Below are positions 1-12,329 of a stretch of 64,000 nt of DNA, piece after piece. The notes under the pieces are model-generated. The model had not been told where the DNA came from, made no database searches, and saw only the letters and a list, made by a program, of their open reading frames with translations. The stretch is from Eledone cirrhosa. Lineage: Eukaryota. Where the stretch lies: positions 270,692,001-270,756,000 of the forward strand of contig OZ024743.1 of the NCBI GenBank assembly GCA_964016885.1, given 5' to 3'. The translations under genes were made by a program, and so were the position numbers. Position 1 is the stretch's first letter. Every line of letters begins with the position of its first letter.

Positions 1-899
1 AAAAGATCAACATCATCGGTAACTACTGAGCCGCAGGTTTTATAACGGAGTTATCGCAGTTTCCTGAGTTGCTTTCTTCTAGAAGAATGTCCTGACAAAG
101 GCTAGGGGTCCTTCACTCCCAGTGGTTTAACCACGCGATCGGGTGTCCAGCCCGACTATTTCTATGTCCCCGCGCATATACATACACATGCATATACCCA
201 TGTATATACACATATACATACATATGTACATGTCTATATACATATTTACACACTTTTGGATGGCCGTTGACTTTTATGAGTTCTTCCGCCCTTTGTCAGG
301 TTTTGTTTTTTGTCCTGCAGGGTGTCCAAAATCACCCTCCTCGCCAAGTAAACTTGGTGTGGTTGCCGGTTTAGTCGCCGACGATCCGACCATGCGACAG
401 GTTGTACTGGGTTACATGTTACCAGCACTCAAGAATGACCCGACATGTATGTATGAATGTGATATATATATACATTCATATATATATATTCTTTCTAGTG
501 TATCATATTTACAAACTTGAGCAATTTTGACATCATCAACTCCTAAAGGTCTCATAACAAAAATATAAGAAAAATAATTGTTTCTACTTTTAGCACGAAA
601 CAAAAACGATATTTAAAAATACTTCTAAACTATATACAAACATACATACATGCATATTTATAAAAAAATATTCACACATACATCTTTGAAAAGCTACAAA
701 ACCGTCGTGATATTTGAATAAAGTTTATGTTGATCTTTACATATATATTTTAACAATATAATCCAATAACAATATATTGAATTAACTTATTTTGATACCA
801 ACTCCAATAAACCGCCTCTGGTCCTATGATCGAGATAGAGAGATGTAGATCATAATCTTCCAATATAATTTCACATGAAAACCCTATGTTATATTACAA

Positions 900-1160
900 T
901 AATGATTTCTACTTCAGGCACAAGACCAGCAGTTTGGTGTGGGGGACGTCGATTGAATTGATTCCAGTGCTTAAAACACAAAGAGCGAGAACAACTGCCG
1001 CAAAGCATCATGTTCCACTCTCCTACGATCCTGCCATCATCCTGAATATATGTTAATAATTGTTTCTACTTTTGGCACAAGGCCAGCAATTATCCCAGTG
1101 TATTACTGGTACTTATTTTATCGACCCGTAAGGATGAAAGGCAAATTTAACCTCGGCAAT
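900..1160 (-). mobile_element. Fragments of a tRNA-derived SINE (two 3' parts and a head fragment)
   Basis: 1062-1158 is the reverse complement of the GCCTTTCATCCTT..GGTCGATAAAATAAGTACCAGT..GTGCC..AAGTAGAAAC body, which reads forward at 15990-16110. 905-970 is a second 3' end and 985-1040 is a head-like piece. Confidence 0.6.
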
Positions 1161-1289
1161 GATTTTAATAAATCCCTCTTGGTTCAGAAATTTGGTTCAG
1201 ACAGAGGCGGTTTGGGGGTTTCTGTGAGTAATTTGTTATTTTGTGTATCTCATTTGTTCCATCTTCTTTCTGTGTCACAAAAATGTGAT

Positions 1290-1418
1290 GGTGCAGGACA
1301 GATCAAAGGAGAGACACAAAATAACAAAAAGGTCACTGAGGAAGTCACAAAATGTGTGACGAAAGACCTTTAACAATAAATAAACAACCATCCGGTTATT
1401 AAACCAACCAGCTGGAAA
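1290..1418 (+). mobile_element. Short hammerhead-bearing PLE-type element, left part (continues at 2259-2320 after a Helitron insertion)
   Basis: Aligns by eye with 29170-29430 (GGACAGA.CAAAGGAGAG.CACA..., CACTGA.GA.GTCACA..TGTGTGACGAAAG, AAACAAC.ATC.GGTT..., AATAAATTGAAGTGAAA...GGCA.CATGACCCTCC..AAGTATAAC). Confidence 0.7.
1331..1374 (+). ncRNA. Type I hammerhead ribozyme motif with degenerate stem I
   Basis: ggtca-CTGAGGA-a-gtcac[aaaatgt]gtgac-GAAA-gacc-TT-taac. Confidence 0.6.
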
Positions 1419-2258
1419 TCTATATACATAAATGGCAATTTCTGTCTGTTTGTTTGTTTGGGAACCTAAAACTCAAAAACTACCGAACCGATCTTGATGA
1501 AACTTGACACGTGTGTGGGACTCATGCCCATTTGATTTCTTACGTATATTTCATTTTAATCAAAGGGTTCCCCGGGGGTTCAAACCCCCGCTGAAAACCC
1601 CCGCTTAATTTTTTCTCTTCGATTTATATGAAATTTAAACTATAGGTAAATGACAAGATACGATGCCTATTTACAAACTTTCAGCAAATTCCAATAATAT
1701 TAAGACACCCTAATGGGGGTTAAACCCCCTATAGTGAAAATGTTGGCCAATAAATGGAACAAGATTTCACGAACTCCTCCTATGGTTTTGGAGATAGACC
1801 CGCATAACCATATATATTCTGAAACTACATTGCCCAGGGTACTTGGTTAACTATATTTCATTTTAATCAAAGGGTTCCCCGGGAACACAAAACCCCCACT
1901 GAAAACCCCCGCTAAAAATGTTTTCCCTTCGATTTATATGAAATTTAAACCAGAGGTAAATGACAAGATATGATGCCTATTCACAAATTTTCCGAAAATT
2001 TCAATAATATTAAGACACCCTAATGGGGGTTCTATTTTTTTCCTTATAGCAACACTCAACTTCTTTGACAAACATTTTTTCGCCTGACCAATTTAATCAA
2101 CAATATTTATTTGTATTATTGTTTCGTAAATGAATTTGTCTTCGCTTTTGATTATCTGTCCTATATTTAGATTTCATTTTTGGTCTGGGAGACATTGGGC
2201 ATTTTAATGGGAACTGAGAATACCCACGCTCCCGGGTATTACCGGGTACCTCAGCTAG
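1419..2258 (+). mobile_element. Non-autonomous Helitron
   Basis: 5' end A|TCTATATACATAAA followed by tctgtctgtttgtttg. 3' end has a CCCGGGTATTACCGGG hairpin about 10 nt before CTAG|T. It sits between A and T with no TSD and contains an internal direct repeat (about 1546-1720 and 1852-2030). Confidence 0.85.
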
Positions 2259-2319
2259 TTTGTAATAAATTGAAGTGAAAAACAATAGCTAATGGCAGCA
2301 TGACCCTCCAGAAGTATAA

Positions 2320-2361
<42 letters not shown>

Positions 2362-2365
<4 letters not shown>

Positions 2366-2981
2366 AAAATTAAATTAAGGGTGTCATGTCCGAGAGACAT
2401 GCGCCATATCCACTGTAGAATAAGCTCAAAAATTCCAATGAATAGATCCGGGCATTTTATATCAACTAGAAATTGATTGACATATATATACATCTAAAAT
2501 AAACACATGAAACAATTACAGGGGATGACACCCTTAATTTAATTTTGGATATATATACGGCCCCTTAATTGTAGAGCTAACTCAGTTGAAAGGACTCGGC
2601 TGCTATTTCTAGCTGTCGATAATCCTATTTACACCACTGGGATGACGCTGGTACGATGTGTGTATTTTTAAAAATGCAACACATGCGACGGGTCATTCGC
2701 AGATTTGCATTTGCTGTGTAAACAGAGATAGTTAAATCTTCTCCCTTATTGAAAATCCGTTTTGACTACTGTGATTTTACGGATTAATGGTGAAATATAT
2801 TTCTTTAAGGAAATATATACAAGGAAGATTAATCATTTTAAAAGGTATCTATATTTGAAGTTCTAGTTAAACTTTAATTAGTTACCTACCTAGTTGTGTG
2901 TGCTTATACACTTTACAAATTATCCCCTGTGATTGTTTGATGTGTTTATTTTAGATATATATATATATCTCAATCAATTTC

Positions 2982-2986
<5 letters not shown>
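2362..2986. repeat. Two interleaved inverted repeats between (TA)n tracts
   Basis: 2362-2387 pairs with 2525-2550 (ATCCAAAATTAAATTAAGGGTGTCAT). 2464-2526 pairs with 2922-2986. Confidence 0.8.
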
Positions 2987-3043
<57 letters not shown>

Positions 3044-3072
3044 AGATCAAAAGATGGTTAAAGGAGTTCCAT

Positions 3073-3144
3073 GTATTTTATTATGCGCATTTCAAAAACA
3101 AACATCATCATGCAATAATATTTGTGTTTTCATCAGATAAAACA
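3073..3144 (-). ncRNA. Type I hammerhead ribozyme with intact core
   Basis: Minus strand reads tgttttat-CTGATGA-[long hairpin aaacacaaatatt...atgtttgttttt]-GAAA-tgcgca (palindromic)-TA-ataaaata. Confidence 0.85.
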
Positions 3145-3229
3145 GGAGAACATGATATGAAGGCTAAAAAACACCTGTGGACAGTGCAGTTTTAAATCAA
3201 CATATCATATATATATATATATATATGCA

Positions 3230-3410
3230 GAGTTTATATTTAATTTGTTGGGATTCAACAAGCTTAAAAAAATGTTATAACTGATATAAACCACTCAACA
3301 GTTAGTGGAGTATCTGATGAAAGCGCGCCATAATTAGCATTGGTTGCTCTTGGAATATATATAATAAAATAAATATGGTTTTATAAATATAGTTTCCATT
3401 TATTAATATA
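3230..3410 (+). mobile_element. PLE terminal fragment with degenerate hammerhead (same family as 19861-21715)
   Basis: 3230-3311 matches 19865-19946. It continues CTGATGA-aagcgcgcca...gctctt-GGAA-tatata-TA-ataaaataaatatgg, matching 21626-21715. Confidence 0.75.
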
Positions 3411-3466
3411 TTGCATATATATATTTATACATGTATATATACATATATATATATATGTATATATAG

Positions 3467-3533
<67 letters not shown>

Positions 3534-3575
3534 ATATATATATATGCATACATATATATATATACATATATCTAT

Positions 3576-3691
3576 TTAGGACGGGTAAAATTCCCGAGAT
3601 CCATGGACGAGTTCTCTCCAGCGGTTTCTGTCCCTCATTATCGCTGCCATGTCCTGCGTCTCCAAGAGACCAGTGTCTGTCCTTAGGGCAT

Positions 3692-3700
<9 letters not shown>
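3576..3700 (-). mobile_element. RTE-clade LINE 3' fragment
   Basis: Translates [31 protein letters not shown], which resembles the RTE ORF C-terminus (…D.L..DTG…M.DR..WR…). Confidence 0.65.
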
Positions 3701-3765
<65 letters not shown>

Positions 3766-3845
3766 GGTAAACAGAAATAACAACACAATCGGTACAGTAT
3801 ATGGAAGGTTTATATTAGGTTAACGCTTGATATAGCAGGAAGAGG

Positions 3846-3883
3846 GTCTTAACGTTTCGGACGCTAGTTTTTCATCAGAAGAA
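3846..3883 (-). ncRNA. Degenerate minimal hammerhead at a probable PLE 3' end
   Basis: ttctt-CTGATGA-aaaactagcgtcc-GAAA-cg-TT-aaga; stem II has decayed. Confidence 0.5.
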
Positions 3884-4089
3884 AGAATGAGAAATAGAAT
3901 AGATTGAGGGACGGGCGGGATGGAAAAAATGTCTTTAGATAAAATAAAAGGTCCATTCTTGTTGACATCTCTTGCAAAACTGTTGGTGCTGGCGTTTCGT
4001 GTATGATTTGTTTTTTTTAGAAATGTGGATGATGGCAGGCGTCTACCTGAAATGAAAAAAAACGTTTTGTAAAAAGAGTTATACATGAG

Positions 4090-4216
4090 CACGTGCGTAA
4101 GCATGAGAGTGCGTGTGTGTATGAGTGCGTGCGTCCGTGCGTGCGTGTGTGTGTGTGTGCGCGTACGTGCGTGCATGCGTGTGTGTGTGCTTGTGTGTGT
4201 CCGTGTGTGTGTGTCT

Positions 4217-4300
<84 letters not shown>
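4090..4300. repeat. (GT)n microsatellite
   Basis: Seen directly. Confidence 0.95.
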
Positions 4301-4513
4301 CACAGAGAAATACATAACTAATTACTACAGATAGGTTACTAAATGTAATAGCAGTAATGGTTATGGTGGCTAACGAAGTGCTACAACTGAACAGATATGC
4401 ATTTATCATATATTTCGTCTAGTGCACGATTTAATGTATACATACATACATACAAATATACATACATACACACCTCACACATATATATATATGTATTATA
4501 TATATAAATATAT

Positions 4514-4596
<83 letters not shown>

Positions 4597-4904
4597 AGAG
4601 TGGAGGACGTAAATGTATACATTCATAGATAAATTGATAGTTTGATAGATGATACATAGATAGATATGTTTCTTTATTAGCCACAGGGGCACAAAAGAAG
4701 GGGACAAATACAAAGGGGGAAGTTTACATACAATAAAAACGTGTAAAATATTATCACAAATGCAATTTAAAAAATTAGTCGATTTTCCCCAATAGGGGAA
4801 GCAGTTCATATGGGTAACACATACCCCCGAAAAAATGTGCAACCCCGAACTCCAGGAGTACGAAGAGTTTGTACTCCTTTCCTCTCCTCCTCCTTTTCCT
4901 CAAC

Positions 4905-7900
4905 CTACAGGCTGATATAGAGAGAAGGCCCATTCACTCGGGCCATTCTCGCCATTTTCACCCACCTTTCATAAAACTTGCTGGGGTACAGCACCTCTCT
5001 CTCCATCCTGATTCTTCTTCCAAAGTGGTATTTGAAAAAAAGAATCAGTTGTTGGCCAGAGAGAAAGGTGTCTGACCTCAGCTCTTTCAACCTTGTCCAC
5101 CATACAACCTCTTTCGCCATAGCTATCACACAAAGGAAAACCGCCTCTCCTTCGTTTTTGAAGGAGGGTGGCGGTTTGATCATGACAATGGACTCTGTGG
5201 TCAACCGGATTGGTCCCACCCGCGACAATAGTCGTTCTACATAGCCCTACAGGTCAGTGACGCCCGGGCAGTGTATGAATGCGTGCGCGACGGTTTCTTT
5301 GTTACGCACGCACCTCGGACAGATCTTTTTGCAGGGTCCCTGCCCGGGCGCCCATGTCTGTAGAGCTTGTCTCGAACTGGTAGAGCTCCTCGGTAGCACT
5401 GCCAGGCCAGGGACTTTTGGAAGTTGTCCATCGGTCCCGCCGGAAGGTCCTACCGAACAGACTGTCCAGTTCATCTTCCTCTACGCCTAGAGTTTCACCG
5501 AGCACGTCGTCGCACTTGCTGCGGATCAACCCTCTATAGAATGATGAAGTGGAGTCTCCACTGATCGCCGGGTCCGCCTGCCAGAGGGCTGTGAGCGCCT
5601 GAGCACATTCGATGTGCCAGTCGCCCATTTTCCTCGGTCTTTGCTTGACCCAGGACTGCAGCTCGGTCAGCGAGACGAGTCCTGGGAAGGCTCGCCTCAC
5701 GAACGGGGCCCACACCGGTTGTCCGGTGAGGAATACGTAGAGATGCTGCAGCCTGAGTGCGTGTTTGCGCATCGTCAACCACGGCATCCCCAGCCCTCCG
5801 TTAGAGGGGTGTTGGCAGCAGATGGATCTTCTCACCAAAGGAATCGGAAGAGCGCGCGCTCCATTGTGGCGAGCGTTTTGGCTGGACAAGGCATGACGGT
5901 CAAGCGGTAGTAGATGGCGGACGCTATAAAAGTGTTCGCCACCTCCGCTCGACCTTTCAAGGATAGTTTGCACTCGGCCCACTTCTGGGTGAGTGCAAAC
6001 ACCTTGGCCGTCACTTCGTTCCAGTTCTTCTCCATCTGGAGGTCCGGACCAAACCAGACCCCGAGCAGCTATACCGGTCCTTCCGTCTAGCGTCCGACGA
6101 CGCCATCGGAAGGCATCGGTTTGCCTCTCCACGATCCGAGTTGCAAACCGATTGACTTGTCCCGGTTCAGCTTCGCTCCTGTGAAACTTTCGTATTTCTT
6201 CAGTAAGGTGCCGACTTCCTCGATTTGCGAGGCGCTCGACACAATTACTGTCACGTCGTCGGTGTAGGCCGACGCCGCTTTCCGCAGTCCCGGTTCCAGA
6301 GGGATGCCCTGCAATAGCTCCAACTTCCGCAGTAGTGGATCGAGAGTCAGTACGTACAGAAGGGACGAGAGAGGGCATCCCTGTCGAATGGATCGCGCAA
6401 TATGGAACGGCTCCGAGAGGTAGCCGTCACCTTGACCCTTGACCTTGAGCAGATGTTGCTGTTGTGCATTGCAGCAATCCAGCTCCTGAACACGGGTCCG
6501 AAGCCTGGCGCCTCGAGCACCGTATCCAGGTAACGATGGTCAACCCTATCGAAAGCCTTAGACTGATCCAAGTTGATCAGGGCCCCACCGAAGCCGGGTT
6601 TACACCCTACCCTCTCTATGATGTATCGCATGAGGAGGAGGTTGTCGTATATGGACCTGGTCGGGATTGCGCATGTCTGCGCTTCTCCCACCAGGTTCTC
6701 GACGACAAGCGCCAGCCTCTTTGCCAACACCTTGGCCAAAATCTGTAACTCTGTGTTTAGCAGAGTTATGAGCCGGAAGTTGCCTATGTCATCCCCCTTA
6801 TTCTCGTCCTTCCTGACTAGTGTGACTACGCCCCCGGTTACAGAACTGGTAATTCTCCCGTTCTGTTGCCGGTTGCAGTAGACCGCTTCCAGGAGACCGG
6901 AGAATAAGTCCGGCATTGCTACGTAAAATTCGTGGGGTAGACCGTCGAGACCTGGAGATTTGTGTTTGCCGCATTGGCTCAGCGCGTCCCCTATCTCAGC
7001 GGCTGAAATCGGCTTTTTGCAGAACCTTGCCTCGCTGTCCGAGAGTCGCGGTAGGCCGTCGAGGTATGGACCGAAATCCATAGCCTCTCCCGGCGCGCCG
7101 CCCTGCCCGAACAGCTGAGCAAAGTGCCGCCGCTGAAAGGCCGCACACATCTGCTTCGGCTCACGTATCACGCGTCCGTTTTGGTCCTTCAAAGACCGAA
7201 TTGTGGACTTGTTGCCACTTTTTGCCTCCATCACTCGGGCCCAGCTAACAGCTTTGGCTCCCTCGTTTCCCAGAGCACGTATTTTGCTTCTGATAACGCA
7301 GCCCTCATGCTTTGCCTCGAAGAACTGGTCCAAGGCCGTTCTCGTTGCTAGCACGCTGGCTACGTTGCCACTTCTAATTGCCTCTTCTACTTTATCTACC
7401 AGTTCTTTCTCGGTTCTATTTCTATCTAACGCTAATTCTTTACTAAAAACTAACGAGTCTAATCTAACTGCCCTCTTGAGAGAGTACCACCATCTGTTGT
7501 TGACAATGGCCCCTGTCAAGTGCTGTTTAACTAAAGTGCTAATCTGTCTACTGTAGGCTTTGCATGTCGGTAACGACAAGTTCAACTTCCAGTAGCCGGG
7601 TCCTTGTCTATGGGTTCTATCAAGGTTGTCTATGGGTTCTATCAAGGTTGACCATGCAGGTCACCCTTTGTGATCTGAATAGGCAACCATGAACATTTGT
7701 GGACAGCTTAACATGTCCCTATCCTTATTTCTAACTAAAACCCTATCTAGGTACGATCTAGATGTTCCACTACGATTAGTCCACGTCCACAGTCGGAAAA
7801 TTTAGTCGATATCTATCGGCCAGGTCAAATCGGCCGATTAACTGTTTGAGGATGTTACACCCCCCCCCTTTATCGGGACATGCTCCCACATAGTCCCAAC

Positions 7901-8343
7901 GTTCATCTAGGATTCCATTCCAGTCCCCCACTAAAAGCAAGGAGCGAGACGTTCACAAAAAGTCTCTAGACGTTTGAAGAAGTCTGGCCGCGGTGTCCCG
8001 GATGGGGCATATGCGGCCACCAGCCTGAAGGCTCCACCTTCACTACCGTCAACGTCTAGGACCACCAGTCCACCCTCCAGGCCCAGATGTACCGTCTGTG
8101 TTACGAGGCCCAGGTGTTTCCGTAAAAAACGGCAACTCCGCCCCCACCCCCCGGCTGACAGAGAGATGCGTAGATCTCAAAGTCATCGAAGATGGGGGCC
8201 TGCTGTCGCTCGCTGTGGATCCTGGACTCACAAATGGCTACTACATCCATACTGTGCGACCTGAGGTCGTTTAAGAGTTTGCCCTGTTTCCAGGGCATCC
8301 CCAGGCCGCGTGCATTCACACACCCAACTCTTATATTGGCCAT
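4905..8343 (-). pseudogene. ORF2 (APE endonuclease and reverse transcriptase) of Tx1-like copy A, multiply frameshifted
   Basis: Motifs MANIRVGCVNARGL, GPGYWKLN, KSPGLDGLPHEFY, NFRLITLLNTELQILAKVLA, LDQSKAFDRVDH, YTDD, GGLGMP, CPRC. Has a 22-bp tandem duplication near 7607-7650 and several stops and indels. Confidence 0.92.
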
Positions 8344-8429
8344 GTTGGTTCTGAAAAGTTAAAAGAGGAGAAGGAAACACTCACCTCTTCGTCTCCTGTG
8401 GATCAGGCCGCATGGTTTCCATGGGTGTG

Positions 8430-10122
8430 TTAGAGGAGTTGCCTTTGGTTTCCGGCGGGGTGGGACGGAGATGTTTGGTGGGGTGGGGTGTTTGGGGTGG
8501 GGGTGTCTGGGGTGAGTGTGAGGAAACTTTTTAAAAGGACGCGGTTAATGGGTTTAACACAAGGATTACCCACGTCCTTAGGAAATTTTTCCTTTAAAGA
8601 CTTATAGGTGTCCGTAGGGACCCTAATCATCTTTAAATTAGGTTTGTCTACACAGTTCGAAAAAGTTTTCACCGAAGGATCGTTGGAGATGACCTCCATT
8701 AAAGTTTTGTTTTTACTGTTTATGTATGTGTAATGTGCTTGTTGTGTTGCGGTGGTTTTTGTCTGTTGTTCTTGTGGGAGCTTTCGTTTTGTTGTAGGTG
8801 TTTGTGTTTGGAATGATGTCGTGGTTTTGTTTTCGGGGCGGGGGGTTTTTGTTTGTAATGTTTGTGTTGTTTGTGTTGGTGGTTGTATGTTTGTAGTGAT
8901 GTTTGTTGTTTTTTTGTTCTTGTGGTGTCTTTTCTTCTTTATTTTCGAACGGATAGGCTCTCCCTCATCATCACTTGGTGATGATGTGGGGGCCTCGTCC
9001 TTTGTGGTGTCTGTGTTATTTAGAAGGGGTATGTTTTGGGGAGTTGTGTGTTTGTGGATGTTTTTGCAGTGGTTTTAGGTGGATCGGGGTTGGGTGGGAC
9101 TGTGCTTGCAGGTTGGTTCGTTGTTCTTGTTTTGGTTGTGTTTGCGTGGTGTTGTTGTTGTGGTGGTGGTGGTGGTGGTGGTGGTGGTGGTTGTGGTGGT
9201 GGTGGTGGTGGTTCTGTTGTTTTGGGTGTTGGCAGTAGTACCTCTTTTTTTTTAGTTAACTGAGGACAGTAAGCCTTCAGGTGTCCACTGCTTAAACAGT
9301 TGTAACATGAAGGCCGCCTACCTTCAACAGAAATGTTTGTGTTAAATTCCATCCAGAGGCACACGTTGGGGGTATTTTAGCTATCCGTTCTGGCCTCATT
9401 TGGACCAGAACTTCCATGCTTGTACCATTGAATGTGCCTCTGGAGGACTTTCCCACCGAAATGATGGTGTCTTCGTCGAAATCGATGAAGCCAGTTAGAA
9501 TCCACCAGACGTTTACATTTGGTGCAATGTTCAAAATTTTAATCTTCTGGGTTCTTTTTCCCATATATGTGGGGAAAAAGGTGTAAAGGGGGGACGCAAT
9601 CGGCGATATAGAATATTTTTGTGCTGTCAATTGGTCTTTCAACAATACCGAAATGCTTCCAAAAAGTTTCCCTTTTTGGATGAAGGCAATATCCTTCATG
9701 GAATTCTTTAGAACCAGTTCAATATCGTTTTGGGATAACTGAACTGGTTTTTTCGACACATTTGAAACCGTCCTAAAAATTACTGTTTTTAGAACAGTTT
9801 CTCTGCGTAACTGTTGAGGAGAAGTGATGCTGAAAGCACCACTCTCACCAAAAGTTACGTACTGTTTTGCATCGCTTAACATTTCCCTAGCATTGGAAAT
9901 GTCAAGGTATGTGACCAGTTCCGTCTTTTGGACTGTTTGAGCAAAAGAAATCTTTTCCTTGTTCGTGGAGTTGTTCGTGTTGCTGTTGTTGTTGGTGGTG
10001 TTGTTGTTATCATTGTTGTTGTTGTTGGTGGTGATGTTGTTGTTATCATTGTTGCTGTTGTTGTTCATGTTGTCATTATTGTTGGTGTTGTTGTTGTTTC
10101 GGTTGGTGTTTATATTTTGCAT
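8430..10122 (-). pseudogene. ORF1 (gag-like nucleic-acid-binding protein) of Tx1-like copy A, frameshifted
   Basis: Asn-rich N-terminus, ISFAQTV motif, RRM-like middle, CCHC knuckle CYNCLSSGHLKAYC, poly-Pro and Thr-rich tail. Ends about 90 nt before the ORF2 ATG. Confidence 0.85.
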
Positions 10123-10144
10123 GTTATTGGTGTTTGTGTTAGTG

Positions 10145-10185
10145 TAGATAGATAGATAGATGTTAGATAGATAGATAGATAGATA
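10145..10185. repeat. (GATA)n between Tx1 copies A and B
   Basis: Seen directly. Confidence 0.95.
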
Positions 10186-12190
10186 AGTTTCTTTTATTTG
10201 CCACTAGGGCATCAAAAGTGGGACAAGTACAAAGGGGGGAGTTTACACAAAAAGGCGTCCTCAATAAGGAGGAGGCAATAACAAAATATAAAAATAAAAT
10301 AAGATATAACAAAAAATAAAATTTTTAACAAAATCCTCAATAGAGAGGAGGCGCCTTGGGGGGTCGCACACACCCCCGAAAAAAGTGTGCAACCCTTTTC
10401 CTCAGGAGCACAGAGAGGGGGTGCTCCCTCGTTCCTTCCTCTTTTCCACCTACAGGCTTATGTAAAGAGAAGGCCCATTCACACGGGCCATTCTCGCCAC
10501 TTTCACCCACCTTTCATAAAAACGACTGGGGTGCAGCACCTCTCTCTCCATCCTGATCCTTCTTCCGAAATGATATCGGAAGAAACGGACCAGTTGTTGG
10601 CCAGAGAGAAAGGTGCCTGACCTCAGTCCTTTCAGACGCGTCCACCATACAACCTCTTTCGCCATGGCTATTACGCACAGAAACACCGCCTCTGCTTCAT
10701 CTTTGAAGGGGGGAGGCGGCTTGATCATTACAATAGACTCGGTGGTCAACCGGATCGGTCCCACCCTTGACAGCAGTTGTTCGACATAGCCCCACAGATC
10801 GGCTACGCCCGAGCAGTGTACCAATGCGTGTGCAACGGTTTCCTCGTCGCACACGCATCTGGGACAGATCTTTTTGGCGGGGTCCCTACCCGGGCGCCCG
10901 TGTCTGTAGAGCCTTTCTCGAACGGGTAAAGCCCCTTGGTAGCACTGCCAGGCCAGGGACTTCTGGAAGTTGTCCATAGGTCCCGGGCTGAATGTCCTAC
11001 CGAACAGGCTGGCCAGTTCGTCCTCCTCCATGTCTAGGGCTTCTCCGAGGGCGTCGTCGCACCTGCTGCGTACCAGCCCTCTATAGAATGTTGCGGTGGA
11101 GTCTCCACTGATAACCGGATCCGCCTGCCAGAGGGCGGTGAGCGCCTGGGCACACTCAGTGTGCCAGGCGCCCAGTTTTCTCGGTCTTTGCTTGACCCAG
11201 GATTGCAGCTCGGTGAGTGAGACGAGTCTGGGAAAGGTTCGTCTCACAAACGAGGCCCACACCGGTTGTCCGGTGAGGAATACGTAGAGGTGCCGTAGCC
11301 TTAATGCGTGTTTACGCATCATTAGCCACGGCATCCCCAGCCCTCCTTTCGAAGGGTGTTGACAGCAGATGGATCTCCTCACCATAGGAGCCCGCCTCTT
11401 CCAAAGGAATTGGAAGAGCGCGCGCTCCATCTTGGTGAGGGTTTCCCTTGGGCAGGGCACTACGGTCAGGCGGTAGTAGATGACGGACGCTATATAAGTG
11501 TTCGCCACCTCCGCCCGACCTTTCATGGATAGTTTGCAACTGGCCCACTTCTGGGTCAGTGCAAACACCCTGTTCGTAACCTCCGCCCAGTTTTTCTCCA
11601 CCTGGAGGTCCGGTCCGAACCAGACCCCGAGCAACTTCACCGGGCCCTCCGTCCAGCGTCCGACGACGCCATCGGAGGGCATCGGTCTGCCCCTCCACGT
11701 GCCGAGTTGCAAACCGATCGACTTGTCCCGGTTCAGCTTAGCCCCTGTGAACTTTTCGTACTCCTCCAGTAAGGTGCCGACCGCCTCGATTTCGGAGGCC
11801 GTCGACACCATTACTGTCACGTCATCGGCGTAGGCCGACACCGCTTTCCGCAATCCCGGTTCCAAAGGGATGCCCTGCAACAACTCCAACTTCCGCAGTA
11901 GTGGCTCGAGAGTCAACACATACAGAAGGGAGGAGAGAGGGCACCCTTGTCGGATGGACCGCGCGATTTTGAACGGCTCCGAGAGGTAGCCGTTCACCTT
12001 GACCCTAGAGCAGATGCGGCTGCTGTGCATAGCAGTGATCCAGCCCCTGAAAACGGGTCCGAAGCCTGCCGCCGCTAGCACCGCATCCAGGTAACCATGG
12101 TCGACCCTATCGAACGCCTTAGATTGATCCAAGTTGATCAGAGCCCCACCAAAGCCGGGTTCGTTCCCAACCCTCTCTATGATGTATCGC

Positions 12191-12192
<2 letters not shown>
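10186..12192 (-). mobile_element. Tx1-like copy B, 5'-truncated, different subfamily from A and C
   Basis: Uninterrupted 580-aa frame 10450-12192 with LDQSKAFDRVDH, RQGCPLS, YADD and CPRCVCDEETVAHALVHC. Its 3' UTR differs from that of A and C. Confidence 0.93.
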
Positions 12193-12273
<81 letters not shown>

Positions 12274-12275
12274 TG

Positions 12276-12329
<54 letters not shown>
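12193..12329. repeat. (GATA)n between Tx1 copies B and C
   Basis: Seen directly. Confidence 0.95.

Larger units (their letters stand above)
4667..10144 (-). mobile_element. Tx1-like (L1 clade) non-LTR retrotransposon copy A, near full length and disrupted
   Basis: Carries ORF1 and ORF2 (APE endonuclease, RT, C-terminal CPRC..ET..H...C). 3' end is GTGGCTAATAAAGAAACA. (GATA)n lies on both sides. Confidence 0.93.

Noticed and set aside
85-170. Possible hammerhead (CTGACAA-aggct...agcc-cgac)
   Set aside because: Both core boxes deviate from consensus and there is no stem I.
10450-12192. Domesticated 580-aa RT gene
   Set aside because: It is a 5'-truncated young LINE copy lacking the N-terminal RT motifs, and the ATG is an internal Met at the junction.
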